64,000 nucleotides of DNA from a bacterium. Lineage in GTDB: Archaea; Micrarchaeota; Micrarchaeia; Micrarchaeales; CABMGC01. Numbering within the stretch: position 1 is the stretch's first letter; every line of letters starts with the position of its first letter. Made by a program: the position numbers and the translations under genes. Of this stretch, positions 1 through 10,548 are shown piece by piece. Below the pieces are notes generated by a model, which was not told the DNA's origin, did not search any database, and saw nothing but the letters and a program-made list of their open reading frames with translations. The DNA lies in the NCBI GenBank assembly GCA_021829835.1, contig JAKBPE010000005.1:1700-65699 (forward strand). The letters are read 5' to 3'.

Positions 1-250
1 AAGCAACCCATCCCATCACACGTCTGACTTGCCTTGGCTCCTTTTCAACGTCGTAATTGCTTATAAGCACTCTTCCTTTTGTTGGAGGGACAAGAGTGGT
101 AAGTACTTTTATTGTTGAGGTTTTTCCTGCACCATTTGGACCCAGAAGCCCAAATATCTCTCCTTTTTTTACATTAAAGGAAATATTGTCTACTGCGACA
201 AAGTCCCCATATCTCAATGTAAGGTTTTTTACTTCTACAGTATATTCCAT
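1..250 (-). CDS. ABC transporter ATP-binding protein (DrrA/CcmA-like), truncated by window edge
   Basis: Manual minus-strand translation MEYTVEVKNLTLRYGDFVAVDNISFNVKKGEIFGLLGPNGAGKTSTIK contains Walker A; not in the ORF track. Confidence 0.9.
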   Translation of the reverse strand, partial: MEYTVEVKNLTLRYGDFVAVDNISFNVKKGEIFGLLGPNGAGKTSTIKVLTTLVPPTKGRVLISNYDVEKEPRQVRRVMGWVA

Positions 251-434
251 ATGATTTACCATATTGCGTGATTATTATCCAATGAAACTGCGTAGCTTCC
301 CTTTTGAACATGTATCTCTGTGACCAGTATCTGGAAAGATACTGAATGGGATAAATATAAATGTGAAGGTTTTGTTTCGGATTCTGTTAGGAATAGAATT
401 TATAGTATTTGTATTTACAGGAATAATAGTAACT

Positions 435-902
435 TTACATTTTTCTGAGAATATCGTTATAGGACTTGATGCTTTTATCGAGTTCTTTTTGAGTTAATAA
501 TCCTTCAAAGACAAGGAGTTGTGCATCTCGATAGTAGCTTGAATTTACTCCTACAAATGATACAAATCTCAGGAGGGTTTTTAGATACTTGTCTTTCTCT
601 TGTTCAAATGTTTTTTCAGTTATCATGCGCGAAGAATGAAGACCTTCCAGATATTCGAATGTAAGTAAATCGTTGTCCCTATGCAGTTTCTCTATAACTT
701 TTGATACATAACTAGATTCTATGCGTTCAAGCAGGGTCTCGACGGAATGTGGAAATAATCTGAATTGGGTAGGTATGATCCCTATCCCAACCAGGTAATC
801 GTCTATACTCCTATATTTTTTATATGAAGATATATGATTAAAATGAAATAGTGTCCATGGAACTATATCATCGTTAAAGAGGCTATTCAGCTTTTTGTCC
901 AT
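435..902 (-). CDS. Hypothetical protein
   Basis: 155-aa AT-rich ORF with no recognisable motif. Confidence 0.5.
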   Translation of the reverse strand: MDKKLNSLFNDDIVPWTLFHFNHISSYKKYRSIDDYLVGIGIIPTQFRLFPHSVETLLERIESSYVSKVIEKLHRDNDLLTFEYLEGLHSSRMITEKTFEQEKDKYLKTLLRFVSFVGVNSSYYRDAQLLVFEGLLTQKELDKSIKSYNDILRKM

Positions 903-1079
903 TTCTTTGATATTTTCAGACGATCGCCTTATTTCCTGGAGCTCACTTCTGAAGACTGAAAACGGATATTTAAGGTTTTTAAAATTTTCCAGAGTTATCC
1001 CTTGTAATATTTGAGAATTTTATGATTTATAAGAATATCTATTTCAGTTATTGTCGCTGTTTGGAAAAATGCCTCTGGA

Positions 1080-2144
1080 CTATTTCATCCACAAACCAAT
1101 CCCCTTCTGGTTCTCCTTTTTCCTTGATTCGAAGATTCTTTCGGAAGACTTTGTTATTCTCTCTTTTGAGAATCCATAATCATCGCACATGAGTTTTATC
1201 ATTGAATCAATGTCAGGAGAGCTCCTTGCTCTAAGGTTCTCGAATTCTTGCACGCTTATCTCCCTGACATCCGGCTTTTCAAACACATTTATGACCTCGT
1301 AAGGATCCACATCGAACCAGGTTTCATATTTTTTCTTTACATACTCCATGATATTATCCATGGTTTTGTACTCTGAGACTATTTTCAATGCTGTTTTTGG
1401 GCCTATTTTTTCTATGCCTTCATTGAAGTCGGTACCTACAAGCATTCCCAGAATTATCAACTGTTCGCGATTCAGCTTGAGGCGCTCTAGGAGATCCTTG
1501 AGGTAGATTCGTTCCAGATCTACATTTACATATATATTTTGCCTTGGGAGCTTGCGCTTGCCGGTAATCGCAAAGTTCCTTATGACTGTTTCTGCGCCGA
1601 AGAGGAATGAGTCGTAATCTTGGCTTGTAAGGGCGTATGTTAATCCGCTTCTGACGAGATATGCTGCCTGTGCCTCGCCTTCTCCAGGTGCCTGTATGAA
1701 TGGTATGCCCATGTAGGTCAGAAGCAGTTTTGAGCTGTCTATTATCTCTTTGTTTATCTTGGTGCTTGCTGTGGCCTTTATTCTCGCCTCTTCAGTGAGA
1801 CCTTCTGCTTTTGCCTTTTCCCATGCTTCGAATGCCTCCTTTCTTCTGCTCATCCTGGCTTCAAGAGTTCTCCTTTTGAGATGAGGAGGTATGCCATCAA
1901 ACACATAGACAGGCTTTATCCCATGCTCTATAAGGTTTAGATTTCTGTAGAAAAGACCTGAGAGATGGCTGGTAGTTCTGCCTTTAAGATCTGTGAGCGG
2001 GGTTCCGTCTGGCTGGCGTATTATGGAGAGGAATTGGTATATCGTATTGAAAGCGTCTATAGCTATGCACTTTCCGGAAAGCTCCTCAAATGATATCTTG
2101 TGCTTGACTTCTGATATGAACTTGCCAAGATCTACTGCCATCAA
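1080..2144 (-). CDS. fen: Flap endonuclease 1
   Basis: IAIDAFNTIYQFLSIIRQPDGTPL, GEGEAQAA, SQDYDSFLFGA and GTDFN motifs; C-terminal PIP-like QKGIGLW. Confidence 0.97.
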   Translation of the reverse strand: MMAVDLGKFISEVKHKISFEELSGKCIAIDAFNTIYQFLSIIRQPDGTPLTDLKGRTTSHLSGLFYRNLNLIEHGIKPVYVFDGIPPHLKRRTLEARMSRRKEAFEAWEKAKAEGLTEEARIKATASTKINKEIIDSSKLLLTYMGIPFIQAPGEGEAQAAYLVRSGLTYALTSQDYDSFLFGAETVIRNFAITGKRKLPRQNIYVNVDLERIYLKDLLERLKLNREQLIILGMLVGTDFNEGIEKIGPKTALKIVSEYKTMDNIMEYVKKKYETWFDVDPYEVINVFEKPDVREISVQEFENLRARSSPDIDSMIKLMCDDYGFSKERITKSSERIFESRKKENQKGIGLWMK

Positions 2145-2629
2145 ATTTCATCTTTTGGTTTAGGTACCTTCTTTATCATTGCGTCTCCCAGAGTTATTGG
2201 GCCTGATCTGGATGTCTTGGGACCTTCAGGCTCTTCTTCTGCAGAAACAAGCTTTATGCCAAGAGCTTTCTCAAGCTTTGCCGTGAGATTTATATCAGGT
2301 GGCATCTTACCTTCTTCTACACGCAGAAGCGTGCTGTGCTTCTCGTTAATCATCTCTCCGAGGACCTTCAGATCTATCTTCATAGCTTCCCTTGCCTTCC
2401 TTATCCTCTCGCCGTAATCATCGACCAGTTCGTCTGATTCTATTAGCTTCTTTCTGCTGCTGAAAACCCTCTTGCCCCTTACTGTCTCCTTGTGCACTCC
2501 TATCTCGTCTATTACAGGGTTGCCCCTTGAACATGAAGCACATACGGAAAGCTGAGCGCCTTCCACATCTATGACATATAGTACCTCAGTCTTTTTGCCG
2601 CAGATTTCGCAGTCATACATAAAAACCAT
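2141..2629 (-). CDS. Archaeal multiprotein bridging factor 1 (Zn-ribbon + HTH)
   Basis: CEICG...CASC Zn ribbon, then ELVDDYGERIRKARE HTH. Confidence 0.9.
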   Translation of the reverse strand: MVFMYDCEICGKKTEVLYVIDVEGAQLSVCASCSRGNPVIDEIGVHKETVRGKRVFSSRKKLIESDELVDDYGERIRKAREAMKIDLKVLGEMINEKHSTLLRVEEGKMPPDINLTAKLEKALGIKLVSAEEEPEGPKTSRSGPITLGDAMIKKVPKPKDEI

Positions 2630-2907
2630 CCCTCAAAACGGGTTATGATAGTACAATTATCTTGAGAGTTTATAATACTGAGTGTAGTGGCTTTAGGCCA
2701 AGACATCAGATTAAGAAAGTATATGTTAATTCCTAATGAAATTTTCGAATCTTGAATATAACATGTTTAAATTAATATCAGTGCAATTATTATCAGATAT
2801 TAATTTTGAACAGGGAATTTCCCTGCAGGATATTTTTCAGTAGTTTATGCTATCACGGATATTGCTTGAGAATTCGCTTGTGAATATAGATTATAAGAAA
2901 TGATTAA

Positions 2908-4389
2908 ATGCCAGAAATGCCTAAAAAAAGAAGAGCCGAGAGAAATAAGCCTTTGCGCATATTCATAACGCTATTCTTCAGTGTTGGATGCCTGATTGGA
3001 ATCATCTTTCTTTATTATAGCGGCTTGCCATTGTTGTTCAGCCTGATAATCTCGCTTCTACTGCTTCTTGTTTCAGGCCAGGTCATCATGAAGGCGAATG
3101 GGCTTGATGGAAGTTATGGAGTTTATATGCTTAAAAGCAAGAGAGGGCTTAATTTTATAGACTGGCTTGCAAGAAAAGGAGGGAAGTTTTGGGAAGGAAT
3201 GGCTGACTGGGGAGCTGTTTTCAGTTTTGGATTGATGTCATATCTTATCTTCGATAAGAGAATAGGCAAAAAGACCCTTATCTTAGGGCTTGCCGCGATA
3301 GCGGTAATGGTGCTTGTAATTCTGCCCAACATGTGGCTGATCTTAAGCTTTCTGAATATTCCCGGAGTGAACCTGCCGAAGTTTTCAGGTCCCGGATTTC
3401 TTCAGCTGGGATTCTCATATGCAATACTGGCATTGCTTGTAATCAGCATATTCGGTGGAGTGCTCTTCTTCATGATAGCGCTGCTTGGCTTCTCCGCTTT
3501 TGATATAGTATACACCATAGCATCTGCCGTTTCAAAGGCAGTGGTTACTGGGAACACAAGCGGCTATGCTAGCCTCAGCAGCCAGGTTCCTGGAATTGCT
3601 CCGATAATCCCAGGGCTTACGCTTCCCCTATTTTCTGGGATACTTGCGCTTGCAGTGGTACTTGTAGTACATGAATTTTCACACGGAATACTGGCAAGAG
3701 TATCTAAGATAAAACTTAAGAGTATGGGAATACTGCCTTTTGGAATAATACCCATAGGAGCATTTGTAGAGCCTGATGAGAAACAGGTAGATAAGCTGGA
3801 GAAGAAGAAACAGAATGGAATATTCGTTGCGGGAGTCTCTTCTAATTTTATCATGACATTCCTCTTTTTCGCACTTACAGCGATCATGATAATATATGTA
3901 ATTCCGGTATTTTTCAAGCCCGGAGTGGTAATTGCAGGGACTATCCCGGGATACCCTGCATATGACGTAATAAAAACAGGTTCTGTCATAAATTCTTGGA
4001 ACGGATATCCGGTTAATAGCATTGAAAGCGTAGATTATGCAGCAAGAAACTTTACCCCTTACGCTGTTGTCAAGGTAAGCACGAATAAAGGAAATTATAC
4101 GTTCGATACAAATGCGACAGGAAAGATAGGAGTCTTAGTCCAGCAATCGCAGATACCGAGAAGCGGAGGAGTGCTTCCCGGAGTCGCAAATTTCCTCTAC
4201 TCTTTCTTCGTAATAACTTTCGTGCTTAATTTCTTTGTGGGCGGTATGAATCTTCTTCCGCTGCCTGCCTTTGACGGGTGGAGGGTATACAAAAACAGAA
4301 TTAAGAGCAAGAAGAAACTACACATAATAGGCTGGCTGATGGTAATAGCAATAATTGTCCTGATGCTGCCTTGGATATGGATTCTTTGA
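2908..4389 (+). CDS. Site-2 (M50) intramembrane metalloprotease with PDZ-like domain
   Basis: HEFSH zinc motif, GAFVEPD, NLLPLPAFDG, multiple TM segments. Confidence 0.93.
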   Translation: MPEMPKKRRAERNKPLRIFITLFFSVGCLIGIIFLYYSGLPLLFSLIISLLLLLVSGQVIMKANGLDGSYGVYMLKSKRGLNFIDWLARKGGKFWEGMADWGAVFSFGLMSYLIFDKRIGKKTLILGLAAIAVMVLVILPNMWLILSFLNIPGVNLPKFSGPGFLQLGFSYAILALLVISIFGGVLFFMIALLGFSAFDIVYTIASAVSKAVVTGNTSGYASLSSQVPGIAPIIPGLTLPLFSGILALAVVLVVHEFSHGILARVSKIKLKSMGILPFGIIPIGAFVEPDEKQVDKLEKKKQNGIFVAGVSSNFIMTFLFFALTAIMIIYVIPVFFKPGVVIAGTIPGYPAYDVIKTGSVINSWNGYPVNSIESVDYAARNFTPYAVVKVSTNKGNYTFDTNATGKIGVLVQQSQIPRSGGVLPGVANFLYSFFVITFVLNFFVGGMNLLPLPAFDGWRVYKNRIKSKKKLHIIGWLMVIAIIVLMLPWIWIL

Positions 4390-4447
4390 ATTTATGAATT
4401 GGAGAGATCTGATTTGCAGACATGCGCTGGAATTTGAAGAGGATTTT

Positions 4448-4948
4448 TCACCATGGGACTTTTTTTAGCTTCATCTTATGTGCACCCAGATTAGTGAGGA
4501 CATGCAACACTCCGGTAAGTATAAGTATGAATATTATGCCTGGAAGTGAAGGAGATTTTCCTAAAGGGAATGCAAACAGCATTGCAAATATGACAAATGG
4601 ATACTGATCCAGAAGAAGCATCTTGGTGCCTTCTCCGGTGCCTATCCTGCGCTTTATGAAGCTTCCGAAAAGGTCACCGAACATCGCACCAATACTTAGT
4701 AGTATTCCAGCTTCAAGCATATATGGAAGTGCAAGATGCTCAACGTAAGCCATTATGAAGCCTGCAGCAAGGCCTGCGAAGAGGCCGCGTATTGTTTTAT
4801 GGCTGCCGAATATGGGCCTGCCCTTAAACTTTCGGCCCATGTCGATTGGTTTTCCCCCTCCAAAGAGTACAGGTGCGCCGTTTGCTACATATGCAGGCCA
4901 TATGTATATCAGAGGATACAAAAATAGAGAGTATATATCCATTCCCAA
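4448..4948 (-). CDS. carS: CDP-archaeol synthase
   Basis: PAYVANGAPV, G-x-HKT-x-RG, GDLFGSFIKRR and LLDQ motifs. Confidence 0.93.
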   Translation of the reverse strand: MGMDIYSLFLYPLIYIWPAYVANGAPVLFGGGKPIDMGRKFKGRPIFGSHKTIRGLFAGLAAGFIMAYVEHLALPYMLEAGILLSIGAMFGDLFGSFIKRRIGTGEGTKMLLLDQYPFVIFAMLFAFPLGKSPSLPGIIFILILTGVLHVLTNLGAHKMKLKKVPW

Positions 4949-4961
4949 GAGAGACTCACCA

Positions 4962-7652
4962 TTATGTCAGAATGCCCTGGGCGAATGCCTTCGATCCGCC
5001 TCCCTTGAATTTCGTGCCGTGCTTTTCGCGTATCATGTCTATTGCGCTGCGCTTCGAATCGGTTCCTGCCATGCAGATTACTTCGCCCCTTCCATTTGCC
5101 GCCATTGCAGTTATGCCTGGATTCTTTTCTACAAGGATTGAGATTGCCTTTCTGATTATTTCGAGAGGTTCGTCTATCTCAACGGAAATTTCAGAAGCGC
5201 CTCTGTCTTTTATATGCTTTGAGTATATCTCTTCCGAGATTAGGACTGCAACGCGCTCATTTGCTTCTGCAAGCTCTTTCAGAAGTTTTTTGTTTTCCTC
5301 TTTCAGCTTTGAACTTTTCTCGGATATCCCGAAGAAATCCGAATTGAATATCTTTGCTGTTTTTGATAGTTCGTCCTGTTCCATTCTGAAATAATCCAGA
5401 GCCGCATTCCCAGCTGTGAATTCTATCCGGTCTACTCCGTCGTGTATTCTTGAAGTGTTTATTATCTTGACAATGCCTATGGAGTACTCCTTACCTGATA
5501 CGTGAAGTCCGCCACATGCCTCTGCATCTATCAGATTTCCATTCAGGTCGCGGATTATCACCATGCGCATTGTCTTAGTAGGCATACCGTGGCCCTGATA
5601 GATTGAGAATCCGAATTCACTTTCTGCCTTTCCTCTCTCCATGTATTCTATTGTTACTCTCATGCCGTTTGTTATTACAGAGTTCACATATTTTTCCATT
5701 GCGGATATCTGCGGCTCTTCAAGCTTGTCATAATGGGATACGTCTATATGTGCTTTGTCGAAGGATTTCCTTGTTCCTTCCTGCCATGCATGTTTGCCTA
5801 GTATCTGCCTTGCAGCTGCGCTCATCAGATGGGTTGATGTATGATGGGCCATGAGCCTATTACGCCTTTCTATCTCGACCTTGCATATCACAGTGGAGCC
5901 TTTTGAGAGCTTGGGATTACCTTCAACCGAATCTTTCATTATATGGACTATGACCCCACCAATCTTTTGGACATCTGTTACTTCAAAACTGTTTATTGTA
6001 CCATGATCTGCCTCTTGTCCTCCGCCTTCAGAATAAAAGGGAGTTGAGTCCAATACAAGGGTATTCTTTTCAGAATGCAGGATAAGCGATTCTGATTCGG
6101 TCGCCATTGAATAGTATAGCATCTCTGTTGCTGGAAGCCCTTCTATATTTGCAGATATCTTGGGTATCTTCTTTTTGTCGGCGAAATCGCTTTTTAGCAG
6201 GTCGGCATATGCTCCTTCAGGCATATCTATTGCTAAACCGCTCTCTGAAGCTGCCGATGCGAGCAGCTCTGGTGTTATCCCGTTGCTCTCATATAAGGTT
6301 TTCAGTTGTTCCCTGTCGATCTTAGCATTCTTCTGCAATAAATTTTGTATTATCCTGTTTGCATTCTCGGTTGTGTGAATATACCGCTTCTCTTCTATAG
6401 ACGCAACCTCCGATAGTATATCTAGATTCTCACCCAGTTCAGGATAAAGCCCTTTGAGATCCCGTGCATGTATTGCCGCTATATCTTCTATGCTGAAATC
6501 CATCTCATATTTTTTGATAAAGGATAAGGCCCTGCGCATTATTACACGGAGATTATAGCCTCCGCCTATGTTTGAAGGGAGTGCTCCGTCCGATATTGCG
6601 AATAGCAATGTTCTTGCATGGTCAAGCACTGCGTAGAAAGACTGCATCGGCTTTATCTTTTTCTCGTACTCTTTTTCTAATATGCCTGTCTTTGCAAGGA
6701 TTGCGGATACTTTCTTATTGTAATCTCCCTGTTCTGTGACGTCAAGTTCGCTTGAATACTCGGCAAATTTCTTGAAATGTTCTTTTTCGAGTTCAAATGG
6801 AAGCTTGGCCTTAGATTTCTCTATAACAGAATGAAATACAGCATCATATGCATTATCGAAACCGGTATAAAACCAGAGAAGTCTCTCGAAGCCCCAGCCT
6901 ACATCTACCACCATGCTTGGAAGCTCTTTGGCTCTGCCTTGATGTGCTTCAAATTGTGTGAATACGCTGTTTACCAGTTCTACGCCATTCGAGAAGCTTT
7001 CCAGGCATGGACCGAACTCTGAGAAGTCGCCCATTGCCCATACATCTTCATTGTATATTAGGTTTTCTTTTTTTACCCCTAAAGTTTCAGTAAGGAATTT
7101 GAAGTTAAGATCTGTTGTGCGGTCTCTCCAATACCCTTCTGCAGGATAATTGAAGGCATGCTGACCGGCCATCATGAAACTTGTGAAATGCCTTCCTGTG
7201 ACTCCGACATTTTCTATGTCCGGGAATCTCAAACAGATCTGTGGTACTATCAGTGGATTCGCGCCATACTCAAAAGACATTGCTCCGTTCTCTATGCGCT
7301 GAAAGTCCTGTATGCTTGCTATTGTGAAATAGAGATCCTGGCGCCACCTGCTTACAACAGGATAGCGTTCTATTACGGCATGGCCGTTACTGCTGAAGAA
7401 ATCTGCAAATTTTTTCCAGAAATCCACATAGCCTATGGGCTTTGGAGATTCCTTGAAAAAGGTATATGGAGTATGCTCTGGATCGTCACATTGGTCTCTC
7501 TCATTTATGCTCCAAAAGTTTTTTCCGCAGATCCTGCATGTCCTTCTTCTAAAACCCTCTTTCTTAAACAGCTCTGTAGAGTAATATGAATCGTAATCCT
7601 TCCCAAATGCCTTCCTGAGTTCTCCCTTATCAAGTTTCTCGATATTAAGCAT
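4962..7652 (-). CDS. alaS: Alanyl-tRNA synthetase, archaeal type
   Basis: RYPVVSRWR, QICLRF-DIENVGVTGRHFTSF, editing-domain HTSTH and CGGLH; start reassigned to ATG 7652, which overlaps the upstream stop. Confidence 0.96.
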   Translation of the reverse strand: MLNIEKLDKGELRKAFGKDYDSYYSTELFKKEGFRRRTCRICGKNFWSINERDQCDDPEHTPYTFFKESPKPIGYVDFWKKFADFFSSNGHAVIERYPVVSRWRQDLYFTIASIQDFQRIENGAMSFEYGANPLIVPQICLRFPDIENVGVTGRHFTSFMMAGQHAFNYPAEGYWRDRTTDLNFKFLTETLGVKKENLIYNEDVWAMGDFSEFGPCLESFSNGVELVNSVFTQFEAHQGRAKELPSMVVDVGWGFERLLWFYTGFDNAYDAVFHSVIEKSKAKLPFELEKEHFKKFAEYSSELDVTEQGDYNKKVSAILAKTGILEKEYEKKIKPMQSFYAVLDHARTLLFAISDGALPSNIGGGYNLRVIMRRALSFIKKYEMDFSIEDIAAIHARDLKGLYPELGENLDILSEVASIEEKRYIHTTENANRIIQNLLQKNAKIDREQLKTLYESNGITPELLASAASESGLAIDMPEGAYADLLKSDFADKKKIPKISANIEGLPATEMLYYSMATESESLILHSEKNTLVLDSTPFYSEGGGQEADHGTINSFEVTDVQKIGGVIVHIMKDSVEGNPKLSKGSTVICKVEIERRNRLMAHHTSTHLMSAAARQILGKHAWQEGTRKSFDKAHIDVSHYDKLEEPQISAMEKYVNSVITNGMRVTIEYMERGKAESEFGFSIYQGHGMPTKTMRMVIIRDLNGNLIDAEACGGLHVSGKEYSIGIVKIINTSRIHDGVDRIEFTAGNAALDYFRMEQDELSKTAKIFNSDFFGISEKSSKLKEENKKLLKELAEANERVAVLISEEIYSKHIKDRGASEISVEIDEPLEIIRKAISILVEKNPGITAMAANGRGEVICMAGTDSKRSAIDMIREKHGTKFKGGGSKAFAQGILT

Positions 7653-8542
7653 TACATCACATTTCCTATTTTTCCGCTCCATACCGTGCATTCTTTTCCA
7701 AAGAACCTGCATCTCCTGCATTTCCAGTTCTCGCTTTCCGGAACAGGCTCGGCATCACGCTCGCCGCTCCAGTATGCCATTGACTTTTGCAGCCAATTAG
7801 AGAGCATTGTTTCATCATAAGTTATCTTTATATTTGAGAGGAGCTCTCCGGTCTTATTGTCGAAATACCTCAATTCCAGGTTCTCGCTGATTTCGGGAAT
7901 GCTTAGCATCGCCTCAAACATCTTTTGATATATGGCTTTTGGTGATTGGAGCTCCTCCTTGATGCCTATGCTTCCAAGTCCTTGGAGAAATTCCTTTGAA
8001 AGAGACATATTGTCTATAGAATATGCGCTGCTGAAGTTTGCCATAGTGTAGCTTTTCTTTCTTATGTCTGAGATAAGCTTCCTGTAAAGCGATGCCTGAA
8101 TCTTGTCAGGACGAAGCCTTGCTTCGGTTATGTTCGCAATGTTTCCTACCGTTTTATCTTCCACCACGACGACTTTGCCTGCCTCAAGCCTCAACTCGTC
8201 TACCTGCCCGGATATCTTAAAGCCGTTTATTGAGCCGTAGACTTTAAGCTCCCTGCAGACTCCTTTTTCTACAAGGGATGATAGTGATGTGTAGTTTTCA
8301 TATGCGGATTTGTAGAACCTGTCCGGCCATGTTACCGGAGGCACTGTCAATGGTATAAATACCTCTGATTTCTGCGTTTCGTGGAAATCGCTCCCTTTTT
8401 TCATAGCGAATGTTTCAGGCATGGGAGTGCTTATGTATAGCTCCATCTGCTTCTCGCACCAAGCCTGGCTTGCTATATCCTTAGCGCTTATGCTGTTCTT
8501 TCTAAGCCGTTGGAGAGCACTCTGCCTTATTCCCATAACCAT
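7652..8542 (-). CDS. Exo5/Cas4-like PD-(D/E)XK exonuclease with four Fe-S cysteines
   Basis: WCEKQ, RELKVYG, GQVDEL, VEDKT, C-terminal WKCRRCRFFGKEC. Confidence 0.8.
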   Translation of the reverse strand: MVMGIRQSALQRLRKNSISAKDIASQAWCEKQMELYISTPMPETFAMKKGSDFHETQKSEVFIPLTVPPVTWPDRFYKSAYENYTSLSSLVEKGVCRELKVYGSINGFKISGQVDELRLEAGKVVVVEDKTVGNIANITEARLRPDKIQASLYRKLISDIRKKSYTMANFSSAYSIDNMSLSKEFLQGLGSIGIKEELQSPKAIYQKMFEAMLSIPEISENLELRYFDNKTGELLSNIKITYDETMLSNWLQKSMAYWSGERDAEPVPESENWKCRRCRFFGKECTVWSGKIGNVM

Positions 8543-8657
8543 TACCAGTTCTGCATTGACATTTTTTCAGACCGCCTACCTGTCTTCATCGCAAAAAGCT
8601 CAGCGATCACCTATGTCATCATATGTATTTTTATGGTTAGCCAAGGTTAATAATATT

Positions 8658-9284
8658 ATGTCAATCAAGGATTACGAACTCTTCATATTTGACTGGGACG
8701 GGACCTTGAGCACTTCTATGCTCATAGTCAGGATATCCAACCTTCTCAGGATAAGGTATAGGAAGAGCCACATGATGAAGCACAGGAAGGATTACATAGC
8801 CAGGGCTGGGCTGGAGATGAAGAGCATTGAAGAGAGGGACAGCCTGTATTCCAGGTTGTACGATTTCTATTCGCGGTTTGCCATGCCTAAGCTGAAGCCG
8901 CATTCGATGGAGATACTGAAGGAACTCAGGCGCCAGGGCAAGAAGATAGCCATATTCAGCGACTCGCAGAATTACAGGCTGATGCTTGAGGCCAAGATGC
9001 TTGGGGTACTGGACCATGTTGATTTCATACTCAGCGCAAGCAGCATAGACAGCTACAAGCCGGATCCTTCCGGCCTCATGTTGATAGCAAAGAAGTACAA
9101 GAAAGATGTTAAAAAATGCCTTTATGTAGGAGACATGCCTTCCGATATATTCACTGCGAAATTTGCAGGCATGGACTCCTGCGGCCTTGGAGATGGGCTC
9201 TCCCCTTACGAGAAGCTCAAAGAGGCAGAGCCTGAATACATCTTCAGGAATACCCAAGCATTGTTAAAGGAAATTTCTTATTGA
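8658..9284 (+). CDS. HAD-superfamily hydrolase (phosphoglycolate phosphatase-like)
   Basis: FDWDGTL motif I, KPDP, YVGDMPSDI; start reassigned to ATG 8658. Confidence 0.9.
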   Translation: MSIKDYELFIFDWDGTLSTSMLIVRISNLLRIRYRKSHMMKHRKDYIARAGLEMKSIEERDSLYSRLYDFYSRFAMPKLKPHSMEILKELRRQGKKIAIFSDSQNYRLMLEAKMLGVLDHVDFILSASSIDSYKPDPSGLMLIAKKYKKDVKKCLYVGDMPSDIFTAKFAGMDSCGLGDGLSPYEKLKEAEPEYIFRNTQALLKEISY

Positions 9285-10194
9285 GCTCCAATATTTCATA
9301 GGTCTGAATCTTCTTGCTTTTGTTTTCTAGCCATATTTTTATGAAGACGGAGAGCATTGTTTCCTGCCTTCTGAACGAATGTCCTGCTCCGTCGACTATT
9401 ACGCCTGTGAAGCTCATTGATGAAGTTTTTGATTTCAGAATTTTGAGATACTGTAGCACAGGTTTAACTGCATATTCCTCCTTGTTTCCGAATACAGCAC
9501 ATATGGGAATATTTATGTTTGAAAATTCTTTGAGATCCCCATCATAATTGAAGATTCTTGACTCTGGGCGCCTTGGATCCGTCAGGGAAAGGAATCTGTT
9601 TGGTGAGAAGTGCGAAGGGATTTTGGGGTTGGGTTCATTTCCTCTGCCGTCTTTCGCCATCTTTCTTGAGAAGGCAACCGTTTGATCGAATCTCTTTCCC
9701 AGCACCTTTTTCTGTATTGCGTAATCGTCGGCAGGTGCAAGGAGAATAATGCCTTTCACTTCTTTAGACTTTTTTTTGTATTGATAGTATGCAACCTTCT
9801 GGCATCCTGTGCTGTGACCTGCCAGAATTATCTCTGAGAATTTTAGATTTTTCATTGCCATTATAGCAGCGTCTATGTCCAAGAGTGAATCTTCAAATTT
9901 TTCCAAATCAGTGCCTGCAACGAATCTATCGCGTGAAGATCCCTTTATTCTCTTTATTACTGCGACTGCATCATGGCCTCTTGTATTGATTGCGAAGAGA
10001 GAGTATCCGGAAGAAGATATTTCCTTTGCTATATGAAACTGTAGATTGCTGCCATAAAAATTTCCTGTCATGCCGTGCACATATATGACGCATTTTTTTG
10101 ATTTTGTTGGGCCTGTGAGGAAACCATTAAGTGTTGAGCCGTCTTTTGCTTTGAACTCAATGAGCTTGCCTTCGATAAATTTTGATTCTGACAT
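9244..10194 (-). CDS. Alpha/beta hydrolase (DUF1749-like)
   Basis: YVHGMTG, GHSTGCQ nucleophile elbow, GAGHSF; start probably MSESK at 10194. Confidence 0.85.
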   Translation of the reverse strand: MSESKFIEGKLIEFKAKDGSTLNGFLTGPTKSKKCVIYVHGMTGNFYGSNLQFHIAKEISSSGYSLFAINTRGHDAVAVIKRIKGSSRDRFVAGTDLEKFEDSLLDIDAAIMAMKNLKFSEIILAGHSTGCQKVAYYQYKKKSKEVKGIILLAPADDYAIQKKVLGKRFDQTVAFSRKMAKDGRGNEPNPKIPSHFSPNRFLSLTDPRRPESRIFNYDGDLKEFSNINIPICAVFGNKEEYAVKPVLQYLKILKSKTSSMSFTGVIVDGAGHSFRRQETMLSVFIKIWLENKSKKIQTYEILELNKKFPLTMLGYS

Positions 10195-10548
10195 GCGTAT
10201 CGTATCTTTTGGATTCTGAAGTTCAAAATGTAACATCCTCTACAAGATGAAAGTTGGGAGCTTTCAATGTGTTTTTTGATTGATTATTTAGGAAGTTGAC
10301 AAATTAAATAACTTAGTGTTTTACAACATTTTGAGGTTTTCTATTATATCTTTGTCTCCTAAAATTATTTAGTATGAAGGTTCCTGTTCGGAGATTGATT
10401 GTTCTTACCTGAAGCTGTTGATTTAATATGAGATATTTGAGGGATTTGATTTTGACGAGGTGTTAGAAGGTAGATGTTAATTCCATATTTTAGATTATTA
10501 AGAAGATTATTAAATGGCTGCAACAATTAGTAATACGAAGATGAACTA

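Noticed and set aside
7653-7721. N-terminal extension of AlaRS in the ORF track
   Set aside because: Overlaps the upstream nuclease gene; ATG 7652 gives a normal stop-start overlap
7652-8542. CRISPR-Cas locus suggested by a Cas4-like gene and the cas1 fragment
   Set aside because: No repeat-spacer array or other cas genes seen; the nuclease is Exo5-like and the cas1 tail is casposon-type
8661-9257. 198-aa antisense ORF
   Set aside because: Shadow of the HAD gene, explained by its higher GC; no motifs
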